DNA of 64,000 bases from an uncultured bacterium. GTDB taxonomy: Bacteria; Fidelibacterota; Marinisomatia; SCGC-AAA003-L08; JACNLC01. The position numbers and the translations under genes are program-made. The first letter of the stretch is position 1. The number at the start of each line of letters is the position of its first letter. Location: NCBI GenBank assembly GCA_964527215.1, contig CAZGNZ010000018.1, positions 16,523 through 80,522 of the forward strand, in the 5' to 3' direction. Shown here one piece after another: positions 8,847 to 19,421 of the stretch. Under the pieces are notes generated by a model. The model saw only the letters and a program-made list of their open reading frames with translations. It was not told where the DNA came from and made no database searches.

Positions 8847-10375
8847 ATACCCTTCGTCCTTGTAACGGATTCCGCCGCGGCATTGGCGGAGCAGTCAAGT
8901 ACTCTCCCGCCAGCCTGAATGCATCACGCGGACAGGCAGCCGACGGATTGAAATTGCTGCTGCCTGCTGTGCTGATTCTGGCACTGCCGATTATCCTGCT
9001 GCAGTGCAGCCAATCGGAAAAGAACAGCTGGCTTGTAAAGGTTGAAAACGAAGGGCTCTCCAGAGTGGTTTTGGAACGACGGTATAAACAGTCACGGGAA
9101 TTTACCGAAACACCGGTTGTCACACCCGGTCAGGTACGGAAATTTATCAGCGATACATTCCTTTCGGATCTGCTCTTTCTGGCCGGGGCTCATGATCAGG
9201 GTCTGGACCGGGATCCGGAACTGATAGAAACAGTGAACCAAGCCCGGGAAATCCTGCTTGCCGGCAGCGGAGGGGCTCTGGCGCGATCTGTCATTCCGGT
9301 AGAATTTCATTTCACAGACGAGCAAATTCAGTCATTTTATCATGAATCCGGAACGGAATACCTGACAGCCCATATTCTGGTCAACTCCAGGTGGCTGGCC
9401 GACTCACTGTACAATCAGCTTCAGGAAGGTGCGGACTTTGAAGAGACAGCCCGAAAACATTCCATGGATTATCGCTCCCGAGAAAGCGGTGGAGAAACCC
9501 AGGGATATTTCACACACGGAATGATGGGCCTGGACTATGAGTCTGGTATCACCGGACTGAGTGTTGGTGAATTTTCCCTTCCGGTTCATACGTCCTACGG
9601 ATATCACATCATCCGTCTGCTGGATAAAAGATCCCGTGATCTCCCTCCCCTTGACTCCCTGAAAACAGAACTGATCCGGCGAATGGAAGTACGGGCCCAG
9701 GAGCAGTTTCTGAAGGATTTTTTCGAGGGACTGTTTCGGAAATATGAGTTCGCTGTTAACGAAAAACTGATTATGGATATCGTTACAGGTTTCCGGACAG
9801 CCGGGCTTCCAACTGATTTTCCGCTTGATCAATTTAAAGATCTTGATGATGAAACGTTTATCGCCTCCTGGAACGGCGGCGCCATGAATGCTGCAGATTA
9901 CCTGACGCTGGTCGCAAATTCCCGGGGCAGCTCCAGAATTCTTCCCTATTGTGCTGACGATGCAAAGGAATTTATTCGGAATCAGGTGATCTTCAAACTG
10001 ATGGTACTCGAAGCTCTTGATATGCAGCTTGATCAGGATCCTTCATTTCTGGAACAGATGAAAACCCGCAGGGATCAGAAAATGGTCAATCTGTATTATG
10101 AACGAAATATTCAGGAAGCGGTAGACTGGACCGAATCAGAAGTGAGAGCATTGTATGATAATGAACCGGACCGCTGGTTATCCCGACCTTATCATACCGT
10201 GAAACCGGCGGTGATCTCTGCGCTGCAGCTGGAGAAGACCAAAGTTCTCACAGATTCACTGGTGAATGTTCTGTACCGAAAACATCCGCCTGAATACAAT
10301 GAAAAACGCCTCAGGGAATTCGCGGAAGATATGAACCTAATCAAATATAAACAGGCTGCCGCAGCCAGGGAGTAG
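8843..10375 (+). CDS. Parvulin-type peptidyl-prolyl isomerase (PrsA/SurA-like), probable lipoprotein
   Basis: AHILV...GADFEETARKHSMD...SGG...SLPVHTSYGYHIIRL; hydrophobic stretch ending LLQC. True start may be the TTG near 8948. Confidence 0.85.
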   Translation: MNTLRPCNGFRRGIGGAVKYSPASLNASRGQAADGLKLLLPAVLILALPIILLQCSQSEKNSWLVKVENEGLSRVVLERRYKQSREFTETPVVTPGQVRKFISDTFLSDLLFLAGAHDQGLDRDPELIETVNQAREILLAGSGGALARSVIPVEFHFTDEQIQSFYHESGTEYLTAHILVNSRWLADSLYNQLQEGADFEETARKHSMDYRSRESGGETQGYFTHGMMGLDYESGITGLSVGEFSLPVHTSYGYHIIRLLDKRSRDLPPLDSLKTELIRRMEVRAQEQFLKDFFEGLFRKYEFAVNEKLIMDIVTGFRTAGLPTDFPLDQFKDLDDETFIASWNGGAMNAADYLTLVANSRGSSRILPYCADDAKEFIRNQVIFKLMVLEALDMQLDQDPSFLEQMKTRRDQKMVNLYYERNIQEAVDWTESEVRALYDNEPDRWLSRPYHTVKPAVISALQLEKTKVLTDSLVNVLYRKHPPEYNEKRLREFAEDMNLIKYKQAAAARE

Positions 10376-10376
10376 C

Positions 10377-11555
10377 ATGTCCTTCCATTTTCAAACCTCC
10401 AGTCGGTTCCGGCTGCTTTTACTGCTTTTTCCAGCACTGTTCATCATTCAAAGCTGTTCTGATCCCATTCCCTGGCCCTATCCTGAAGAAGGCCGGGCGT
10501 ACAGTGATTTCATGCCCTGCCCGAAAATTCCATTTGCTCCGCATAAATATATCTGCTACAGGACAAATCCGCTTTTGATTGACGGAGAGCTGAATGAAAA
10601 CAGCTGGAGTGCCGTACCGTGGTCTGAGAATTTTTCAGATATCAGCGGTGATCCGTCACTGACGCCCAGGTACCGGACCCGAATGAAAATGCTGTGGGAT
10701 TCCCAGTATCTGTATGTGGCTGCAGAGTTGGAAGAACCGCATATATGGGCCACACTGGTTAATCGGGATGACATTATTTTCTACGACAATGATTTCGAAG
10801 TATTTATCGATCCCAATTCCGATACCCATGAATACTTTGAACTTGAGATGAACGCTTTCAACACGGTCTGGGACCTGTTCCTGTCCCGTCCGTACCGGGA
10901 CGGCGGTCCTGCCATGCATCATTGGGATATCCACGGATTGATCACCGCAGTGCATCTGAACGGCACCGTAAACCAGCCCGGCGATACTGATCGAAGCTGG
11001 CAGGTGGAAATTGCGATCCCCTGGCAGGTTCTGGCAGAAGCAGCCCATACCGCCTCTCCGCCGGAAGACGGTGATCAGTGGCGGATGAATTTTTCCCGTG
11101 TGCAATGGGAAACCCGAATCGTTGAAAACCAGTATGAAAAAATCACTGATCCATCCACCGGCCGGCCTTTTCCTGAAGCCAACTGGGTCTGGTCTCCTCA
11201 GGGTCTGGTCAACATGCATTACCCGGAGATGTGGGGAATTGTGCAGTTTTCAAATACCTCGGCCGGAACCGGTCCCGTACCCTTTAAGAAGGACCCGGGG
11301 ATGAATGCTCAGTGGGCTCTGCGGTTGGTGTATTATCAGCAGCAGAACTATTTCCGGACCTATGGAAAATTTGCAGAAGACTTCCAGCCATTGAGTCTGC
11401 CGGATTTGGATATTCCGGGCTATACGTGGCCCCCATCAATCTCTGTCAGTCCAAACCAGTTTGAAGCTGCCGTCTCAAATTCTGAATCGGGAAATCAGCT
11501 GGTTATCAATCATGAAGGACGACTGTTTTTTCTTGAGAAGAAAAATACCCAATGA
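10377..11555 (+). CDS. Carbohydrate-binding family 9-like lipoprotein
   Basis: IDGELNE..W, KMLWD..YLY, DNDFEVFID, YFELEMN, VEIAIPW and WRMNFSRVQW motifs; lipobox-like IQSC. Confidence 0.85.
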   Translation: MSFHFQTSSRFRLLLLLFPALFIIQSCSDPIPWPYPEEGRAYSDFMPCPKIPFAPHKYICYRTNPLLIDGELNENSWSAVPWSENFSDISGDPSLTPRYRTRMKMLWDSQYLYVAAELEEPHIWATLVNRDDIIFYDNDFEVFIDPNSDTHEYFELEMNAFNTVWDLFLSRPYRDGGPAMHHWDIHGLITAVHLNGTVNQPGDTDRSWQVEIAIPWQVLAEAAHTASPPEDGDQWRMNFSRVQWETRIVENQYEKITDPSTGRPFPEANWVWSPQGLVNMHYPEMWGIVQFSNTSAGTGPVPFKKDPGMNAQWALRLVYYQQQNYFRTYGKFAEDFQPLSLPDLDIPGYTWPPSISVSPNQFEAAVSNSESGNQLVINHEGRLFFLEKKNTQ

Positions 11556-11658
11556 AGCAGCCGGAAAAACCGGAACGGGATTATCCTGAATCCGCGGTGC
11601 TGCCTGGGACGAAACAGATTTAACATCACCAACAATTAACCAACAACTGGAGACCATT

Positions 11659-13590
11659 TTGAATTTTACCTGGATTGACTGGACCATTGTTGCTGCACTG
11701 ACGACCCTGATGATCGCCGGTGTGCTGATCAGCAAAACCTATATGCGAAGTGTTGCAGATTTTCTTTCAGCCGGCCGTACTGCCGGTCGTTACGTGGTGT
11801 GTGTGGCACAGGGAATTGCCGGGCTGGGTGCCATTACTGTGGTGGCCAATTTTGAGATGAATTTTGAAGCAGGGTTTGCAATGTCCTGGTGGGGATTCAG
11901 TATGGGTATTTTCATTCTGATAATGACAGTGACCGGTTGGGTTACCTACCGTTTCAGAGAAACCCGTGCCCTGACAATGGCCCAGTTTTTTGAAATGCGC
12001 TACGGGCAGCGCTTTCGAGTATTCACGGGCATTGTCGCATTCGTGAGCGGTTTGCTTAATTTTGGTATTTTCCCGGCAGTGGGCGCTCGGTTTTTCATTA
12101 CATTTGTCGGGCTTCCGGAATCATTTCAGTTTCTGGGTATCACATGGTCAACATTTGCAGTTTCAATGGTGCTGCTGCTTTCCATCTCAATATACTTTGT
12201 TTTCGCCGGCGGTCAGATTGCCGTGATCATCACTGATTTCATCCAGGGCACATTTGTGAATATCGTATTTGTGGTGATAGTGATCTATTTCCTGAAGCTG
12301 ATCACCTTTGATCAGGTGTTTGAGTCATTGTCCACGGCACCGGTGGATGCTTCCAAAATCAATCCGTTTCACACCAGTTCGGCCAAGGATTTCAATTTGT
12401 GGTTTTTCCTGATTGGACTGGCCGGGATGTTTTACTCCACACTTTCCTGGCAGGGCACGCAGGGCTACAACAGTTCCGCCAAAAGCGCTCATGAAGCCAA
12501 AATGGGCGGGGTCCTCACCGGTTGGCGGGGTATCCCTCAGGGCATGCTGCTGCTGGTGATCCCCATTATGGCCTATGTGATACTCAACCATCCTGACTTC
12601 GCCGGTCAGTCCGAATTGATCAACGGTACTCTGAATACCCTGGAAAACGACGCCATGAGAAGCCAGGCACGAGTGCCGCTGGTCCTCACCCACTTTTTCC
12701 CGGTGGGCATGATGGGCGCATTCGCCGCAGTCATGCTTGGCGCATTTATCACCACCCACGACAGTTATCTCCATTCATGGGGCTCCATTTTTATTCAGGA
12801 TGTCATTCTTCCGCTGCGCAAAGGCAGTCTCAATCCCAAGGAACACATCTTCCTGCTTCGTCTGTCCATTCTTGGGGTGGCAGTGTTTATCTTCCTGTTC
12901 AGCCTGCTGTTTCAGCAGACCCAGTACATTATGATGTTTTTTGCCATTACGGCTGCCATTTTCGCCGGTGGGTCCGGTGCGGTGATCATTGGCGGCCTTT
13001 ACTGGAAACGGGGAACCGCCGCAGGGGCCTGGGCGGCCATGATTACGGGTGCTGCGGTGTCCGTCACCGGGATTGTACTCCATCAAATCTATGATGATTT
13101 TCCTGTGAACGGTCAGGTATTCTGGTTTCTTTCCATGGCCGGTTCAGCGCTGACTTATATCGTTTTCTCCCTGCTGAGCCGCCAAAAACCCATCGACATG
13201 GATCAACTGCTGCACCGGGGAAAATATGACGTGTCCGGGGAGCATCATATCATAAACGAAGCTCCCCAGAAGGGCTGGAAAATACTGGGAATGGGCAGGG
13301 AATTCACTCGCGGAGACAAAATTATCTACATTCTCAGCTACGCCTGGACATTTATCTGGACAGTGTCTTTCATCGTCGGCACCGTCATCAATCTTACCCG
13401 TGAGGTCACTGATGAAGCGTGGATGAGATTCTGGTACATGTATATAAAAGTCCATCTGTTTGTGGCACTGTTTGTAATTATCTGGTTCACCGTGGGCGGG
13501 GTTCTGGATATCCGCAGCATGTTTGCCAGATTGTCCACCATGAACCGGGATGCCGGAGACGACGGTTCCGTGACCGCAGAGAATCAATAA
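11659..13590 (+). CDS. Sodium:solute symporter (SSS family)
   Basis: About 14 TM segments; DFLSAGR, RFRETRALT..FFEMRY, AGG...TDFIQ and GGLYWKR motifs. Confidence 0.9.
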   Translation: MNFTWIDWTIVAALTTLMIAGVLISKTYMRSVADFLSAGRTAGRYVVCVAQGIAGLGAITVVANFEMNFEAGFAMSWWGFSMGIFILIMTVTGWVTYRFRETRALTMAQFFEMRYGQRFRVFTGIVAFVSGLLNFGIFPAVGARFFITFVGLPESFQFLGITWSTFAVSMVLLLSISIYFVFAGGQIAVIITDFIQGTFVNIVFVVIVIYFLKLITFDQVFESLSTAPVDASKINPFHTSSAKDFNLWFFLIGLAGMFYSTLSWQGTQGYNSSAKSAHEAKMGGVLTGWRGIPQGMLLLVIPIMAYVILNHPDFAGQSELINGTLNTLENDAMRSQARVPLVLTHFFPVGMMGAFAAVMLGAFITTHDSYLHSWGSIFIQDVILPLRKGSLNPKEHIFLLRLSILGVAVFIFLFSLLFQQTQYIMMFFAITAAIFAGGSGAVIIGGLYWKRGTAAGAWAAMITGAAVSVTGIVLHQIYDDFPVNGQVFWFLSMAGSALTYIVFSLLSRQKPIDMDQLLHRGKYDVSGEHHIINEAPQKGWKILGMGREFTRGDKIIYILSYAWTFIWTVSFIVGTVINLTREVTDEAWMRFWYMYIKVHLFVALFVIIWFTVGGVLDIRSMFARLSTMNRDAGDDGSVTAENQ

Positions 13591-13676
13591 CAAATACAGC
13601 CGCGCCGTCGGTCAGTTCGGAAAACCTGTCTGGTTTAATTGAAATTACCATTGTCTGCATCAGTTAAATCCCCTAT

Positions 13677-13946
13677 CCCGGATATTTCTGGAGGCTTTGA
13701 AATGAGATGGCGGAGCTGGTTGACTATGCAAGGCTTGCGAAGAAATTTGCATCCGCCATTTGGCGTGGAGGCGAAATAGTGAACCCCCGTCCATTCAGCT
13801 GACGGGCGGGGAAATTCATCGACATTGTGCTGAACAGTCCAATGAGCACAAATATCAAGCGTTACTGAAACAGTATCGACCAGATTTATCATCGTCCGGA
13901 AAATGCGAAGCTTTTTTCACACAGATATTCTCGTGAAACAGGCGGG
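13677..13946. mobile_element. IS1380-like MITE with a nested palindromic element
   Basis: Imperfect TIRs cccggatatttctggag / ctcgtgaaacaggcggg; the right ~100 bp is homologous (reverse complement) to 38011-38110. Confidence 0.6.
13748..13819. repeat. Palindromic dispersed element, short inverted copy
   Basis: Reverse complement reads atgaatttccccgcccgtcagctgaatggacggggg...tttcgcctccacgccaaatggcggatgca. Confidence 0.8.
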
Positions 13947-14015
13947 CCAAGGAAAAGCATAATCGCAGTATTCCATGCTGACAGCAGAATTCTTTTTTGA
14001 TTAAGGAGATCAACC

Positions 14016-16523
14016 GTGAAAGCAATCCCCCATTTCATCTTTTTGACCCTTTTATCCGCCATATTCGCTGCCGGATGGATCAGATCACCGGAGGTGGAGA
14101 CCATGGTCTTTACTAAGGCCGCGGTGCTGAAACTCCCGGAAAGCAAGGGAAGGATGTATGCGGAGGATCCAGTCGAGATGGCTCGGGTAAGCGGTTCCCT
14201 GCAGGAAATTATACAGGCAGATACAGTCTATTTCAAGGACGGTACCGGTATGCCCTGGAAATCGATACAGCCGGTGGAAGACGGCTGGTTTCAGGATGAC
14301 GCTCTCGCGGGTGGATATGCCTATGCGGAATATGACTCGGATCGGGAACAGATTGTCCTTCTGGAAGCCATGACTCATCAAATGGTTTTTGTTAACGGTG
14401 AACCAAGAATTGGGAACCGCTACCAGTACAAGGAACAGTTTGAGTCATGGGAGCCGAAATGCAATTACTCTTTTGTTCCGGTTAAGTTACGAAAAGGGAC
14501 AAATGAATTTCTGTTTCGCTGCCGAAGGGGTATTTTGAAAGCCCGCCTGCACTTTTCAGGATCCGGACAGTTCCTCAACCCGTTTGATGTAACCATTGCT
14601 GATATGGTGGTGAATCGGCCTGGAATCCTCACCGGCAGCATGATCGTGGTCAATGCATCGGATCTTCCAGCATCTGATTTGAAAATTGGCGCACGACTGT
14701 CCGGTGAAAACGAAGTAATCAGACCGCTGCCGACTTTGGGACCGCTGGAATTTCGAAAGCTCCCTTTCAGCTGGGAAACCGCAGGGAAACCAGCGGCAGG
14801 CGATACTCCGCTGCAGATTCGACTTTACAAAGATATGAATTCACAGCTTATCGTTCTGGATGAGTCGGAAATACAGATTCGCACGGTCGGTGAGGACGAC
14901 ATCATCCGGAATACTTTCACCAGCAGGATTGACGGCAGTATTCAGTATTATGCGGTGAATCCGGCCAGTGACAGCTCGAACAGTCCAAAAGCGCTGTTTT
15001 TCTCCATGCACGGTGCCAGTGTGGAAGCGATAAATCAGGCCGGAGCCTACAGTCCAAAAACCTGGGGACATGTGGTCGCTCCCACCAACCGACGTCCGTT
15101 CGGATATAACTGGGAGGACTGGGGCCGGCTGGATGCACTGGAAGTTTTCGATCTGGCATTTCAGGAGTACCGCATTGATCCGGAAAAAGTATATCTGACC
15201 GGTCATTCCATGGGGGGACACGGCACCTGGATTCACGGGGCATCCTACCCGGACCGCTTTGCCGCCCTGGGTCCGAGCGCCGGATGGCTGAGTTTCTGGT
15301 CCTATCGCGTAAAGGATATGGAACCCGTTACAGAACCCATTCTGGAATTGATTTTACGCTCGACCCATCCCAGCCATACGATGGAACTGGCAGAAAACTA
15401 TTCGTCCCAGGGAGTCTACATTCTCCACGGCGCTGATGATGACAATGTTCCGGCTGAACAGGCTCATCAGATGACCGGAAAACTGGAGGAATTCCATCAT
15501 GACTTCATATTTCACGAACAGCCCGATGTGGGTCACTGGTGGGACTTAAGCGATGATCCCGGCGCTGACTGCGTGGACTGGCCACAAATGTTTGATTTCT
15601 TCAGCAGACATATTCGTCCGGAAAACGATCAGGTCCGCGCTATATCTTTCACCACCGCCAGCCCGGGGGTGTCGGCAAAACATTACTGGGCGGAAATTTA
15701 CGGACAGAACATTCCATTTGGGTTCAGCAGAATTCACTTGGAGCAGAATCCGAATACGCGGCGGTTCACGGGAACCACGGAAAATGTCTCCCTCCTGCGG
15801 CTCGACACGGATGTGCTGTCAGGAACCGGTCCGGTTCAGGTGTATCTTGATGACACAGAACTTGAAATTGATTCACCCCCTCCATTTTTATGGCTTTCCA
15901 GCCAGTCCGGCAACTGGAAGCAGACAGACGTTCCTGACCCAGGTCATAAAGGACCTCACCGGTACGGCCCGCTGAAGGACGCCTTTCGAAACCATTTTAT
16001 CATGGTGGTTGGAACACAGGGGACAGATTCAGAGAACCAGTGGGCCTGGCAGAAGGCCCGTTTTGACGCCGAAACGTTCTGGTATCAGGGAAATGGTTCC
16101 GTTCGAATTCTCAAAGACACTGCATTTAATCCCGAGGACTTCCCCACAGAAAATATTATTCTGTACGGCAATTCTGAAACCAATGCAGCCTGGAACAGCC
16201 TGCTCAGCGGCTGCCCCGTTGATGTCAGACAGAGCCAAATACGCATCGGCCGGAAAAAGCTGAAAGGGACCGATCTTGCCGTCCTGTTTGCATATCCAAG
16301 AGACCGCAGTAATGATGCCCTGGTCGCCGTGGTTGGCGGTACCGGTTTGACAGGGATGCGGCTGACAGATTTGCGGTCCTACCTGTATGCAGGAACGGCA
16401 TATCCGGACCTGGTTGTGATGGACCCGCGAATTCTGAATGGTGATGCCGAAGGTGTGCTGGGCGCAGGATATTTCGGACCTGACTGGCGGATCAAAACGG
16501 GCGAGTTTATCTGGACGGACTGA
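14016..16523 (+). CDS. Secreted alpha/beta-hydrolase (prolyl oligopeptidase/esterase-like)
   Basis: Signal peptide; GHSMGG nucleophile, HGADDDNV Asp and GHWW His. Confidence 0.85.
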   Translation: MKAIPHFIFLTLLSAIFAAGWIRSPEVETMVFTKAAVLKLPESKGRMYAEDPVEMARVSGSLQEIIQADTVYFKDGTGMPWKSIQPVEDGWFQDDALAGGYAYAEYDSDREQIVLLEAMTHQMVFVNGEPRIGNRYQYKEQFESWEPKCNYSFVPVKLRKGTNEFLFRCRRGILKARLHFSGSGQFLNPFDVTIADMVVNRPGILTGSMIVVNASDLPASDLKIGARLSGENEVIRPLPTLGPLEFRKLPFSWETAGKPAAGDTPLQIRLYKDMNSQLIVLDESEIQIRTVGEDDIIRNTFTSRIDGSIQYYAVNPASDSSNSPKALFFSMHGASVEAINQAGAYSPKTWGHVVAPTNRRPFGYNWEDWGRLDALEVFDLAFQEYRIDPEKVYLTGHSMGGHGTWIHGASYPDRFAALGPSAGWLSFWSYRVKDMEPVTEPILELILRSTHPSHTMELAENYSSQGVYILHGADDDNVPAEQAHQMTGKLEEFHHDFIFHEQPDVGHWWDLSDDPGADCVDWPQMFDFFSRHIRPENDQVRAISFTTASPGVSAKHYWAEIYGQNIPFGFSRIHLEQNPNTRRFTGTTENVSLLRLDTDVLSGTGPVQVYLDDTELEIDSPPPFLWLSSQSGNWKQTDVPDPGHKGPHRYGPLKDAFRNHFIMVVGTQGTDSENQWAWQKARFDAETFWYQGNGSVRILKDTAFNPEDFPTENIILYGNSETNAAWNSLLSGCPVDVRQSQIRIGRKKLKGTDLAVLFAYPRDRSNDALVAVVGGTGLTGMRLTDLRSYLYAGTAYPDLVVMDPRILNGDAEGVLGAGYFGPDWRIKTGEFIWTD

Positions 16524-16607
16524 TCAATTCCGGAATATAAACCGGATGCCCAGCAATTGAAATCCCACTGGAAAGATTTCCGTACTGGAAAAACCGGAGG
16601 TTTTCTC

Positions 16608-17801
16608 ATGACAATACAGACAGGCGACATTCGCCTGATTAAAAATATCAATCATCGGATCATACTGAATCTGATCCGCAGGGAGGGTATTGTCTCCGGT
16701 GCCCGGCTTGCGCAGATCACCGGAATGCGTCCCAGTACGATTTCCAATCTTCTGAAGGAATTTCTGTCAAAAGACCTGATTATCAGTCGTGGCAAAGGAC
16801 AGTCCACTGAAAGAGGCGGCAAGAAACCCAATCTGTGGAGTCTGAATAAAGACACTGCCTTTTCAATCGGCATTGATCTGGAAATGGGAACCGTTTCTGC
16901 GGTGGTTCTGAACCTGATGGGTGAAACTGCCGTCAGCCGGGAATATTCTGCGAATATTCTGGATAACGGCAGGACCTTGCTTCGAAGCTTGAGGGAGATC
17001 ATAAATGAAATCTCTGAGGCTGCCGGAATTTCCGATAAAAAAACGCTTGGTCTGGGAATTGCCCTGCCGGCTGTGGTAGATGCGGCGGAAGGGAACATCA
17101 TCACTTCCAGAATACTGCCCTCACCGGAATTTCCGCCGCTGAGGCAGCTTCAGGATTCTTTTGAGTTCCCGGTCATCGTTGAAAACAACGCCAATGCAGC
17201 TGCAATCGGAGAAAAATGGGTGGGTGCAGCAGGTGAAATCAGCAATTTCATTACAGTGCTCATTGAAATCGACCGCCTCGTTGGCGGACTGGGTCTCGGA
17301 CTTGTCCTGAATGGAGATTTGATCCACGGTGCGACATTTTCTGCTGGGGAACTGAATATTTCCATTCCAAAAATGCGGGACACTCTGGCATCATTGAGCA
17401 GACATTTTCCAAAGGGTAAAATTTTGAAATCATACCAGAACCGGATTGGAGAAATAGATATTCGCGTCATGATTGATGCAGCCTTGAACGGTGATGATGT
17501 GGCACAATCCTATTTCTCGATGCTGGGGCATCTGATTGGAAAAACCATTGCCAGTTCGGTGGGATTGATCAACCCGGAACGTATTATCCTCAGTGGGGAC
17601 GTGGCCGAGCTGGGGGAAATCCTCATCCGGCCGGTGCAGGAATCCATTCAGATGGAAACACTCTGGGTGACCAACCAGCGCCTGGAAACCGTCCCCAGCA
17701 GCCATGGCCGTTTTTCCGTGGCAATCGGCAGTGCCTGCCTGATTCTGAATGACTACTTCAAGCCACCGGTATCGTTCAACAAGAATATTGTAAAAATGTA
17801 A
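16608..17801 (+). CDS. ROK family transcriptional repressor (NagC/XylR-like)
   Basis: N-terminal wHTH (ILNLIR..LAQITGM..STIS, GGKKP), IGIDL, ENNANAAAIGE; ATG 16608 with ggagg RBS. Confidence 0.9.
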   Translation: MTIQTGDIRLIKNINHRIILNLIRREGIVSGARLAQITGMRPSTISNLLKEFLSKDLIISRGKGQSTERGGKKPNLWSLNKDTAFSIGIDLEMGTVSAVVLNLMGETAVSREYSANILDNGRTLLRSLREIINEISEAAGISDKKTLGLGIALPAVVDAAEGNIITSRILPSPEFPPLRQLQDSFEFPVIVENNANAAAIGEKWVGAAGEISNFITVLIEIDRLVGGLGLGLVLNGDLIHGATFSAGELNISIPKMRDTLASLSRHFPKGKILKSYQNRIGEIDIRVMIDAALNGDDVAQSYFSMLGHLIGKTIASSVGLINPERIILSGDVAELGEILIRPVQESIQMETLWVTNQRLETVPSSHGRFSVAIGSACLILNDYFKPPVSFNKNIVKM

Positions 17802-17996
17802 CCGGCCGCAGACCCCCTCTGCGCATATTCGGATTCATGACTGTCCGTTGAAATCATCAGAGGAAGTCTGCTGAAAAAATATTACCAGTCCCGGGTAGCA
17901 CCGTCCATCCGGAAAAATGTTCTGAATTCGCCTATTTTATCCAGGTAAATTTCATGGTGATTTAAAAAACCCTTTAACTCAAATTCAGGATTCAAT

Positions 17997-19394
17997 ATGA
18001 TTTCCGATCCAAAACAATCATCCGGTCGGCTTTCCCGCAAGGAATTCGTGAAGCTGGGCTCTGCTGCCGGACTGGGTCTGGCATTGGCCGGAATGGCATT
18101 CCCGGCCGGAACACATAAATCACTGAAAACCAATCCCGGCGTACCGGCTGTCCCACCGCTGGAGCGGGTTCGCGTAGGCATCGTGGGGGTCGGTATGCAG
18201 GGCTCAGGACACGTAAAAAGCATTCTTCAGATTGAAGGTGCAGAACTGACTGCGGTTTGTGACCTGAAGGAGGAAAAAGTACGTCGAATGCAGCGCTGGG
18301 CGGTTGAAGCCGACAATCCCGAGCCGCAGGGATATTATAAGGGTGAAACGGATTTCAAGCGCATGTGTGCTGAGCAGGAACTGGATCTGGTGATCACCGC
18401 AACACCATGGAATTGGCATGTGCCTGTCTGTGTGGAAGCAATGAATACCGGCAGTCATGCAGCCACTGAAGTTCCGGCTGCCGTAACGGTAGAAGGCTGC
18501 TGGGAACTTGTGGAAACTGCCGAGCGCATGCAAAAACACTGCATGATGCTGGAAAATGTGTGTTACATGGCGCCGGAATTGATGATTCTCAACATGGTCC
18601 GACAAGGTGTATTCGGAGAGCTGCTGCACGGCGAAGGGGCATACAATCACGACCTGAGAAATTACAATCTCGGCAGCCTGTATGAAAACGACTGGCGGCT
18701 TTACCATTATATTAACCGCAACGGGAATCTGTATCCAACCCACGGACTTGGCCCCATTGCCCAATGCATGAATATCAGCCGCGGGGACCGTTTTGATTAT
18801 CTCGTGTCCATGAGCAGTCCCTCCAGAGGGCTTCAGGAATACGCCCATGACAAACTGGGATCCGATCACAAATACAGCCAGATCGATTACAAATGCGGTG
18901 ATATCAATACGGCCTTGATCCGTACTGAACAGGGTCGAACCATTACGCTGGTGCATGACACCAGTCTTCCCAGACCCTACAGCCGCATAAATCTGATTCA
19001 GGGGACCAAAGGAATCACCCGGGGATTCAGCGACATGACCCATGGCAGTTTAATTCATATTGAAGGCCGCAGTGAACCTCACTGGTGGCAGCCGCTCAGC
19101 GAATACGAAGCTGAATTCACCCATCCCCTGATCAGGGAAGCCGGCCAAACAGCGGAAGGAGGCGGACATGGCGGAGCTGACTTTATTGAGATTTACCGCC
19201 TGATATTTGCGCTGAGAAATGGTCTGCCTACCGATCAGGATGTTTACGATGCAGCGGATTGGTCCGTGGTTGCACCGCTGACGGAGCTGTCTGTCGCCAA
19301 TCGCTCTCGACCCGTTGACTTCCCTGATTTCACTCGCGGACTGTGGAAATCCCGAGAACCGCTGGGAAAAATCGATGGACCATCCGGTAAGTAA
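17997..19394 (+). CDS. GH109 NAD+-dependent N-acetylhexosaminidase (Gfo/Idh/MocA family), Tat-exported
   Basis: SRKEFVK Tat-like signal, GVGMQG, TATPW..H, ATEVPAA, MMLENVCY, YPTHG and GGHGG motifs. Confidence 0.9.
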   Translation: MISDPKQSSGRLSRKEFVKLGSAAGLGLALAGMAFPAGTHKSLKTNPGVPAVPPLERVRVGIVGVGMQGSGHVKSILQIEGAELTAVCDLKEEKVRRMQRWAVEADNPEPQGYYKGETDFKRMCAEQELDLVITATPWNWHVPVCVEAMNTGSHAATEVPAAVTVEGCWELVETAERMQKHCMMLENVCYMAPELMILNMVRQGVFGELLHGEGAYNHDLRNYNLGSLYENDWRLYHYINRNGNLYPTHGLGPIAQCMNISRGDRFDYLVSMSSPSRGLQEYAHDKLGSDHKYSQIDYKCGDINTALIRTEQGRTITLVHDTSLPRPYSRINLIQGTKGITRGFSDMTHGSLIHIEGRSEPHWWQPLSEYEAEFTHPLIREAGQTAEGGGHGGADFIEIYRLIFALRNGLPTDQDVYDAADWSVVAPLTELSVANRSRPVDFPDFTRGLWKSREPLGKIDGPSGK

Positions 19395-19421
19395 GCTACC
19401 CGGATTCCCCGGCTCTGAACG

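Noticed and set aside
18204-19043. Long antisense ORFs (also 29033-29851, 55789-56535, 57133-57888)
   Set aside because: They fully overlap well-supported genes on the opposite strand and show no motifs.
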